Assembly: GCA_002633005.1 (NCBI GenBank) | Contig: NMRA01000244.1 | Span: forward strand, 240,346-304,345 | Length of the DNA: 64,000 nucleotides | Direction: 5' to 3' | Origin: Phoronis australis | Taxonomy: Eukaryota > Animalia > Phoronida | Shown: piece by piece, positions 1-10,800 of the stretch | Layout of the letters: each line of letters starts with the position of its first letter | Position numbering within the stretch: position 1 is the stretch's first letter | Made by a program: the position numbers and the translations under genes | Notes under the pieces: model-generated | The model's input: only the letters and a program-made list of their open reading frames with translations | The model's database searches: none | What the model was told of the DNA's origin: nothing

Positions 1-713
1 GTACCCACCGCCCATATTTTTCATTTATTTCTCCAACCCATGACCCATAATTTTTTAATTATTTTTAATAGGTTAAAATATAAAATCCAACACTTGCAAA
101 CAAATTGCCTCCAGGAGGACCTGTTAAGAACTTAGATGATTGACAGACAAGAACTAGTTGTCTTGTCCAATATTGTCAAAAACTAAAGTAGCATGTGAGC
201 AATACTTTTGGCAGCCACTAGGTGTCTCTGTTCACCATGTGTCTATAATTTCAATGAACATTTTTTCAATTATAAGGATCTATGAATCTCAAACTGTCTC
301 CACGAAGTCTTTTATACTTCTATGTCAAGTGAATATTGGAACTTGTTTATCTTACTCCTCATACATTTATTTAAAAATCATCAATTTTGTTATATGTGTT
401 AACACCAGTTTAGTGTTGCATAACTTTTCAATCCAATAGGACTGCACACCAGTAGTTGGCTCAAATCAAGTTGCCCATGACTTGATTAATGGCTTAGTGA
501 ACATATTGCACTCTGTTCACTGGTAATATGGGCTTTTTTGTACTGCATTTTTTGAGTTTTGGCGGCTGAAGTAACCAACCTGTCATCATTAACAGGTCAA
601 AAAATACCACCCATTTTTAATCCATCACTTCTTTACAGGAAGACCACCACCCATGAATTTTTATTTCTACTGCCGTCCCCCCCCCTCCCACACGGATTTT
701 ACTGGAACAGCCC
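1..713. mobile_element. Non-autonomous PIF/Harbinger-like (Tourist-type) MITE; left end lies outside the window
   Basis: Ends ...GGATTTTACTGGAACAGCCC (713) followed by TTA. This is the reverse complement of the GGGCTGTTCCAGTAAAATC terminus at 9073, which is preceded by TAA. Both copies share subterminal ACCACCCAT-rich blocks. TWA targets and GGGC ends are typical of PIF/Harbinger. Confidence 0.65.
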
Positions 714-730
714 TTATAAAAAGTAAAGCA

Positions 731-1832
731 TTAAAACTGGGTGGTATTCTTTGACCTGTAAATGTCAACAGGTTGGAATTTTTAGTCAAACACACCTCAA
801 GAAATCAAAACTCACCAAAAATTCACTAAGCAAATACCCTAACACATCCCAAAACGACAAAACAAGCCCATGTTGCTAGTGTACAGAGTGCAATATGTAC
901 ACTACGCCATTTATCAAGTCCTGGGCAACTCTATATCAAGCACATCTTGAAGTCATATTAGAATGAAAATTTTTGCAACACTACACTGGTGTTAACACAT
1001 AAGAAAATTGATTATTTTTAAATAAGAAGTATGAGGAGTAAGTTGGACAAGTTCCGATATTCACTTGACATAGCAGTCTAATAACTTCGTGGAGACAGTT
1101 TGAGATTCATAGATCTATGAAATTGAAAAAATCTTATTGAAATTACAGACACATGGTGAAAAAAGACACATGGTGGCTGCCAAACGTATTGCTCACAGGT
1201 GTCTGAAAAGCAAGCTTCTGGTAATTGATACGAGTTGTGATCTCGCATGGAATTTTTCTGCACCCACAAAAACTCATTTCTTGTCAATTATCATGAGAAC
1301 CGCTCGGCGGATCATGGAATTTGGTATAGAGGTACTTGGCAAGGATGCACCTGCACCAGTCAATTTCCGGGTGGATTTGACAACCGTGGTACCTTATGTT
1401 GACCGCTTTAGTTTTCGACAAGCCATTCCTTGTCAGTTGATTATCTCAAAAGCTGCTTCACTGATCACGGTGAAATTCGAAATAGAAGTATAACGCAAGA
1501 ATGTGCTGGCACCAGTCAATTTTTGGATGGTGAATTCAACTAATGTGGCACCCCGTTAGTTTTTGACAAGACAGGTTGACTATCTCAGAAACTGCTAGGC
1601 ACAACTGGAAATTTGGCACAAAAAATATATAGCAGGGATGGTTACGTTGACAGAAGTCATTTTCATATTTGACCACCCTCTTGGCTACTTTAGTTTTTGA
1701 CAATATTGGACGAGACGACTAGTTCTTCTCTGTTGATTATGTAAGTTCTTCTCTGTCGATTATCTAAGTTCTTAACAGGTCATCCTGGAGGTAATTTGTT
1801 TTGCAAGTGTTGGATTTTATATTTTAATCTTA
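731..1832. repeat. Diverged inverted copy of the interior (about 66-620) of the adjacent MITE
   Basis: About 1685-1830 is the reverse complement of about 70-192, and about 731-1200 is the reverse complement of about 195-620. About 1200-1680 has no counterpart in the left arm. Confidence 0.75.
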
Positions 1833-1839
1833 CTGGTGT

Positions 1840-4800
1840 TCACCACAACATATTTTCATCTCCAATATTTTCCTGATGATCACTACTATCACTATCGTCA
1901 CCAAATGTTTCCTCACAATTGACATTCATTTCTCGAGATTTGAGTGCCACCATGGCAGCAATATTAGATGCAAAAGCCACACTGCCAGTCACAAAAGGTT
2001 GAGCTCCGCCCCTTGACCTAGTTAATTCAGTTTTGTCCTGATCCCCACACTCGCACTCCTCTTCCATGCCTGAGTGGTCACTCAACCTGCCCATCATGCA
2101 CTTACGTGGATTGCACACTTCCCCGTGATCCCTATTTTCAACCATTGCATTAGATGTTGATTGAGCGTGGTCGACATCAACCAATTCCGCACCAAGTGAC
2201 ACTGCAGTCACATTAGCTTGGATAGCACCAATTTCATGTGAAGACACCAACTTATCATTGTCGTTAGTTCCGCATTTAACAGAAAGAGACTGTGCCTGTA
2301 CTTGATTCAAGTCATCCAGTCTCTCCACATCTGTTACAGAATGTGTTTCACATGTACAGTCTGCTGACACACCATCTCTCCCATAACAACCAGACATCGG
2401 ATTCAGCCTTGCACTAACACGGTCCATCTCACAGGCCTGCTCACTTGTAGGACATGTGCCGGCCTGCCCACTTGTAGGACATGTGCCAGTCTGCCCACTT
2501 GTAGGAGATGTGCCACCCTGCACACTTGTAGGACACGTGCCAGACTGCCCACTTGTAAGACAATTGCCAGCCTGCCCACTAGTAGGACGTGTGCCAGCCT
2601 GCCCACTTGTAGGACGTGTGCCAGCCTGCCCCCTAGTAGGACAATTGCCAGCCTGCTCACTTGTAGGACAAATGCCAGCCTGCCTCTCCAACGCTCGTCT
2701 CTCTCGTAGCTCCATGTCTACAGCTCTCACTGCTATCACAGATTTCAGCTCACTCAGTAACCTGAGGGCTTCTAGCTTGTCTCTCTTTCTCTTCTCCTGT
2801 AAAAACCGCATTTTGACAACAGTTCACTCAATATTTTGGACTCGCAAATCCTATCTCCATCACACCATGACAGTTTGGATATTAATGAAACTAAGCTAAA
2901 ACCCAATTTAATCCTGTACTGTGAAAGTTTCAATGACACCTAAACAAAAGAATGACCACTGATGTTGCAGCAGCCAACAGGCCATTGTTACATCATACCT
3001 TATTGCTGGGTGACAGCCAATCATCATCATCGTAGCAAATAACCTCATTGTCCTCTGTGTGACCTTCAAACACTTGGTCTTCTATCACTGGCTCTCCCAT
3101 TCCAATCAGAGACTTGACTTCCTTAACACCCTGAACTTTGACCTGAGATTCAACTGGTGGGATAGGCACAGGTGAATTGTCCTCACCTAAGTATAAAAAA
3201 CAGTCAAATAATTAAAAGAGAAACCAAACATCTAAAACATAATGAATCCTATACACTGCACTGACTGATGATCACTTCAGAAGTATAACACACTTAGTAG
3301 AATGAATGTTCATATCACTGACTCCGTTAGAATATGGTTAATGGAAAGTTACATGTCGGAGTCGTGGAAGTTATTTGAAACCACTAGCTTTCGGTCTCAT
3401 CTCGAGAGGAGATCGAAAGCTAATAGTTTCAGTAAACTTTCCATTACCTATAATACACCAGAAGATAGACAGAACCACCAGGAGAGTGCGTGGGACACTA
3501 ACAGATAAATAACACACTAGGAAGCAGTGAACAACTAGCAGGAGTACAAAACTAACAAACACAGTCAACACTGAGCAGAATTACAAACTGTTCCATGATT
3601 CAACTGCAGTCTATCACATGGCACTTGTAGCCAGACCAAAGCGACATTTATCATTCTTTACATCAGTCTATAATGAAACTGCAGACCCATAGCCAGCCCC
3701 TCAAACTGCAGACCCATAGCCAGCCGCTCAAATTGCAGACCCATAGCCAGCTCCTCAAACTGNCCCCTCAAACTGCAGACCCACAGCCAGCCCCTCAAAC
3801 TATCCTAAAGTTTAGGTTACTGCTACACTACAACAGCTGCTCCTTAAAAAGTGTCACTCAACCCTTCTGCCTCGCTCTGAAGCCCATACCAGTGGTACAT
3901 CTATACATCTGAAGACACTGCACTCACCCGTGTCCTCCTCTTGGCTGGTCATGCTTAGCTGGACACTGTCCACACTACACAGGCAGTTGGTTAACTTGGC
4001 TCTCAGCATGGTCAGCTGTTGGTCCATTACTTCAACAGAGGCATCTTTGCTGAGAAGACTGTCAATGTCCAGGCCACTAAAAGGTTTAGAAGGCAAATAC
4101 GGTAAACACTCATCTAATTTCGCACATCAAAAAAAAAATTAAATGGCAAGTTATAGTCCCACACTTGCTTGATCCACAGTAACTTTGAGCTTCATTAACT
4201 TACACATGGCCAACTTAAGGTTATCTCCAACCTTATTTAGTGGCCTCTATTCCAACTCAGATATTAAAAAAAAACTAAGCTTTGTCAGCTAGTACAAGTA
4301 TTAGGGAATATGAAAATACCTAACAGCGTTTTTGAGACTGATGACTAAATATCAAATTTAAAAGTTTCAGCGAAATCCACCGAGCCGTTTTCAAGAACTC
4401 GTGTTCCTAAGTTCAAATGAAGTCAATTTGCCGAAGCCGAGAAAAAGCCGATTAAACTGGGACGGGTGAAAATCTCCAAGTCTTCGCTTAATTATTCAGT
4501 GAAAGCTTGTTTTCAGTACACATAACCTATACAATCCTTAACTATGTTAGCTATTTCAACATTCACTCGCAATGTCAACTGATTTTGCAATGCGTAATTA
4601 ACTTAATTATCATTAAAACGTACTATTCCCCAGCTAACTACTGTTGCTTGCGACATTTGATCTACTTTTATATGTAAATAGGTCACAGTTCATTGTTATA
4701 CACATAGCCTGTACACGTCACGTGCTGGGAGACTGATACTAAACCAAGTAAGAAATGGATAACAAAAATCGAATCGGTGGTTAAAGCATGTCGTTAGCAC

Positions 4801-7800
4801 AAGACCGAAACATTGAAATGGCAGAGGCCTGAGGCGACAGTAACATTCGTTCTCAACGCCAATGGTCGTATGCATGTACACACACAACTCCTTTAGGATC
4901 AAAACTACGTTTTGTCTTTGGTTTTCCCCAGCACCATTCTACCATAAGTACACCTCGTTTACTCCATGTTATGGCGATTTTGTGAACGAAAGGACTGAGG
5001 GTATATGAAGATGTTCTGTACCTGGCGGGAGATTTGATTTGATTGAAAGCCCTTTAACCTTAGACCTCGGATAAGTAGTAAACAAATATCCACGCGGTTG
5101 ACAATGTGCGGTTCCAAGGTGGTACTGTTAAATCTTTTTTTCTCGCTACGCAGTATATATTTTGTGTTTGAAGTTCCCCAAGAATGAAGCTAAAGGTATT
5201 TTACTAGACACATGTGTAATATTGTAAAAATGGACATTTTTGTGAACAAGGTTGGAGATAACCTTAAAGGATGACAGAAAGACATTTATTGTTTATAAAC
5301 CAATTGTTACTTTCATGATGAGAGAGCAAACAAACACTGTGCCAATGCATAACTGAACAGGGAGCCTTAAATTTTAATGTCAATCGTTAACTTTAATCTA
5401 TAAATTTCTTTCAAAAATGCAACATTCATATGCAGCTGTAGAAAATTATTTAATCGTTTCCCTTTATTTTCAATATCATTGGATAAAACGTGTCATTTAT
5501 TCCCCAAATCTGTGAGTTGCTTGAGACAGCTTTATTGAACAGATTTCATTGGATGTGATAAATCTTCTGCCTGTTTAGCCCTTTTCAGGCCTTTTGATTT
5601 TATAACGTTTATAGTGCAAACATGAAGGTCAATTTCAAATGAAATATTACACTTGCTTAATGCAGGTATTTCAGAATTTTTTCACTTTTCTTTCAACAAA
5701 GGATGTATCAGTTATGAAGTGTTAAGACTTTTGACAATACTACCCTCAGGGCTTTTATCTTTGTTGCTTCAAAATGAATTAAAAACCTGAGCCACAGATC
5801 CCCCTTTTGGACAAAATAATATTTTGTTCAAACACAAACTCTCTCCTAGTTCATGGTCAGAACAAAAACCAACAATCATCAAAAAACAAGCGCCAGTCAT
5901 AATAGAAATGATCGGATGACCTTTTGTGGCATAAATTCAGTCCTATCAGCCACAGACCACTCACAAAACATTCACTGTCACTTATGGATTGAAACTAATT
6001 TCAAGTGGAATGAATTAGCATGTTTGCGGCAAAAAATCACTTGAGACATTGCTTACCAAACAATTTCTGATTTGATCAAGAGGAAGTGGTTATGGCCCCT
6101 TGCAGAATAGTCAATAGATTAACGTAATTGAAAACTGTCACTTACACACATTGAAACACATCAGGAAAATAGGCGTGACAGGTACAACTAATCAATCTGA
6201 TATATCATACTTAGCATACCTTTTAAAAACATCCCTGAGCTGCAGATTCACTGCATGCATGGCCACTTGAAGACGTGAAGTTGTGGTCACATGATCGGTC
6301 ACATGACTGCTTCTTTCTACAGCCTCCTCAGTGAATCCTGACCAATGATAGTGATACTGTCTATGAATGAGTGTGTGATGACTGGTTATCATAGTCTGGA
6401 GGTGGTGCAGTAGTGTAGACAATGACAGTGTAGTGACATGACCCCATCCTGGTAAAAAGAACACAACGTATAATTTTACATTATGAAAGTAGTAAACAGG
6501 TAAAACCTCACAATTTTCAGACAAAAATAATTGTCATTATTGTTCTTAGTCATTTTTCAACAGCTTATAACACTGTTGTGAATGCAGCTCACAAACTTTC
6601 AAAAATTAGTGTTAGCTGTGGCACAAAATGTTACCATGGAAATGCATTTAATTACAAATAGGCCCTACATATGCTGTATGGTAAATGTTTAAATAAAAAT
6701 GTCACTCGTTGGCCATAATGTGTCCTAAATTGTATGATTTTCCTGTAATTAACTACAGTGTTTAGGCACACTAACATATAAGCATTGCATAGCACAGGTA
6801 AGGAAACACCAGATTGATGATAGCATTCAGTACCACACAACTGAGTATAACACACAACTAGTGCGTCTGGTATACTTTTTAGGTAACAATTCATTTGAAC
6901 TAGCTCTCCACACAGTTCCTTAAAGTAATTTACAGAATATCATATTTAGAAAAAAGAGATGACAGAAAAAATTAAGTTCATTACTTTACAACAGGAATCA
7001 AACCTGATGTTGACCTTTGAACCTCTGGTACATAGCACAGCGCCACCCGATGGAGAAATTCGGAAAGATGGACGACACACAATTCAGCCATTGACTGAAA
7101 GTAACATTTTGTTTTTAAGACAATCATAATATTTTTATGAAGTTGTGAAAATTGCACTCACTAAACAAACTGAAGCCAGTGATAACTTAGATATGTGTGC
7201 CACAAGGGGTCACACGCATTCTGCCCTTGGGTCAAAAAGCCAGGACATACCCTAGTCCTTCAAGCTTAGACATCAGAGAACAATGTTGGAGAATATGCGT
7301 TTAATATGCAAGGTCAGAGGTTAATAAAATGCCAAGAGATGCATTCAAATCAATGACAAGGCATCTAATCTCAATTAATTATAATACTTAATTATGGGAA
7401 AGTCATTCATTCTTTGAAGGGTGAAAATTTGACCAGAGACTTCTTTTTTTTTATAAACAATTATGTGATAAATAAAAACTTCTTAAGCCAGTAGTCCTGT
7501 AGCACTATACAAAAATGGTGATTGTCCTTAAATTTTAGTGTTATAATGGCCAAATGAATGAGAATCCAATTAACGCTACAGAAATATTTAAATCTAAAAT
7601 GGTGGCCAAGATATGGGTCAAATCACATGTCTCCAGAATTTTTAAGGAAAAGAGCAAAAAATAATCCTGGGATGAAACTCACATGCTTTCTTCAAAAATT
7701 GAACGATTCGACTAATATTTTGTAACAACAGACAACACTTTACAACTTGACTAAAAAATTGACCAATGTCACGATCGTGTCACGCTTCGTATAAACTTGG

Positions 7801-10800
7801 TAATTTGTACTCGAATTACCCAGCGTGATTGGTTAATTTTGTCCTGGAGTGGGCCCTATAACAGGCAGATCCTTTGATTTCATAAAGAGTAAAAAGTGAT
7901 AAAATTAGACGATGCAGCACAGTCATGCAATAAATCTTTGCTCACTCAAATTAAATTCATTTTCAATCCCTTGAAGAACTATCTTTGTTAGCTGATTAAA
8001 GTCTGCATGGTGGGTTCTATGGCACAAAAAGTAACCATTTGCTTCTGTGACTTAACACTAGAGATGGAAACCAACTGGTTCCATGACTGAATGCTTGAGA
8101 GAGCAACTAGTTCATGGTGGGATTGAACACTAGATGGAGCAGCCTATTGGTTCTTTGACAGAACACTTGAGAGAGTAACCAGTTGGTTCTGTGACTGAGC
8201 ATTAGATGGAGTTACCAGTACACTGAGACTTTAACATTGTAATGGAGACTGTTCAAGTCTTATGCATAGAAGTCCCTAAGCAGCAATTAAAGTTGGTCAT
8301 TTTACACTCAGTGACCAGAGTTCTTCATGAAAACCTTTTATTGCAAGTGATATTATTGAGATACCTTGATAGCTGTCAGTGAAAATTCATCTGTAGACAC
8401 CAGAAGGTCTTCCTCAGATATGTCTGTCATACAGCTTCCATAGTTACTCAGGGATATAGCAGACATTAAGTTCATGTCCACATCGTCGCAAAGAGGGTGT
8501 TCTCGTACAAGCTGGATGGTGGCAGCACGTAGCTCATACACACATTCACGCAGAGTGAGAAACAAGTGACGTCTGAGAACAGGGCACTGTTTAGAGGGCT
8601 TGTGGGTCTGGTTCATTTCCAAGCGTGCTGCAGACAATCTTTGTGTTATTCTGCAAAGAAAATCATATAGATAAACAACTCATATCATGTCTTCCTAATT
8701 AGAAGAACAGTGACTAAATAAGACTGGCATATTTGGATATAATAGTGAATTAGCGACGCTGAACTAGTCACTGTGAGAAAAACACTAAATATGGGTGGAG
8801 ATTTTTTGCTTAAATACCATCAACTGATTTTTTAAGAAAGTTACAAATCTGGCAAAAATCTTCTTGTGCCAAGTGATTGCTATACTGTTTACCAGTAACA
8901 TACACACACACAGGCTAGACCTTAACAAATATTACACTTTGCAAGTCATGGTGCATTTGGATGAATTGTTTATGGAAGTCATGCATCAATATTCCAGCCC
9001 ATAGACCCATAAACACTGCACTATCAACACAGGTTGGAGGCAAATAAAGGGTTTATTATAGAAATCTCATAAGGGCTGTTCCAGTAAAATCTGTATGGGA
9101 GGGGAGGGAAGGCACTTTTTTTTCGCACCCACCACCCATATTTTTCATTTATTTCTTCAGCCTACCACCCGTAATTTTTTATAAGTTTGAAATGCAACCA
9201 CCCGTAATTTTTTTTTGTTCTTGTGGTTGACTGCACAGGCGCTTGAGTTTATCTGTTCCTCCATCACTACTAACGTCATTCATTACTAAGAAAGCATATG
9301 TTTCTTATATATTGTTATTAGCCAACGAGAAATTCGAGCACCTGTGGTTAAATGGTGTTTTGGGCATGCCGATGAGGAGGTCGGAGGGAGTGAAAAAGTC
9401 GGAGCTTTTTGCAAGTTGTATTTTTGTTTCAGTTTTTGATTCTGTGGGGATTGTTTATAAAATTTGCTAAAATTACCCACCATCAAACATTTATGGCCCA
9501 ATGAAACAACAACGACCTGTAAATTTTTATTTTTTTGAAGTACGACCACCAGCCATTTTGAATTTAAATCAAACGCAACCACCCATAAATTTTTATTTCA
9601 GTTGCCTTCCCCCCCNGTGATACTGTCTATGAATGAGTGTGTGATGACTGGTTATCATAGTCTGGAGGTGGTGCAGTAGTGTAGACAATGACGGTGTAGT
9701 GACATGACCCCATCCTGGTAAAAAGAACACAACGTATAATTTTACATTAAGAAAGTAGTAAAGGTAAAACCTCACAAATTTCAGACAAAAATAGTTGTCA
9801 AAATTGTCCTTAGTCATTTTTCAACAGCTTATAACACTGTTGTGAATGCAGCTCACAAACTTTCAAAAATTAGTGTTAGCTGTGGCACAAAATGTTACCA
9901 TGGAAATGCATTTAATTACAATTAGGTGCTACATATGCTTTATGGTAAATGTTTAAATAAAAATGTCACTCGTTGGCCATATTGTGTCCTAAATTGCATG
10001 ATTTTCCTATAATTAACTATAGTGTTTAGGCACACTAACATATAAGCATTGCATAGCACAGGTAAGGAAACACCAGATTGATGATAGCATTCAGTACCAC
10101 ACAACTGAATATAATACACAACTAGCGTGTCTGGTGTACTTTTAGGTTGTACAACAATTCATTTGAACTAGCTGTCCACATGTTTCCTTAAAGTGATTTA
10201 CAGAATATCAAATTTAGAAAAAAGAGATGACAGAAAGAATTAAGTTCAGTACTTTACGACAGGAATCAAACCTGATGTTGACCTTTGAACCTCTGGTACA
10301 TAGCACAGCGCCACCCGATGGAGAAATTCAGAAAGATGGACGACACACAATTCAGCCATTGACTGAAAGTAATATTTTGTTTTTAAGACAATCATAATAT
10401 TTTTATGAAGTTGTGAAAATTGCACTCACTAAACAAACTGAAGCCATTATAACACTAAAATTTAAGGACAATCACCATTTTTGTATAGTGCTACAGGACT
10501 ACTGGCTTAAGAAGTTTTTATTTATCACATAATTGTTTATAAATAAAGAAGTCTCTGGTCAAATTTTCACCCTTCAAAGAATGAATGACTTTCCCATAAT
10601 TAACTATTATATATAATTAATTGAGATTAGATGCCTTGTCATTGATTTGAATGCATCTCTTGGCATTTTATTAACCTCTGACCTTACATATTAAGCACAT
10701 ATTCTCCAGCATTGTTCAGTGATGTCTAAACTTGAAGGACTAGGGTATGTCCTGGCTTTTTGACCCTAGGGCAGAATGCGTGTGACCCCTTGTGGCACAC

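Noticed and set aside
2403-2899. Overlapping ORFs 2403-2660 (-) and 2456-2899 (+)
   Set aside because: Shadow frames of the stop-poor 27-bp repeat in the vezatin exon.
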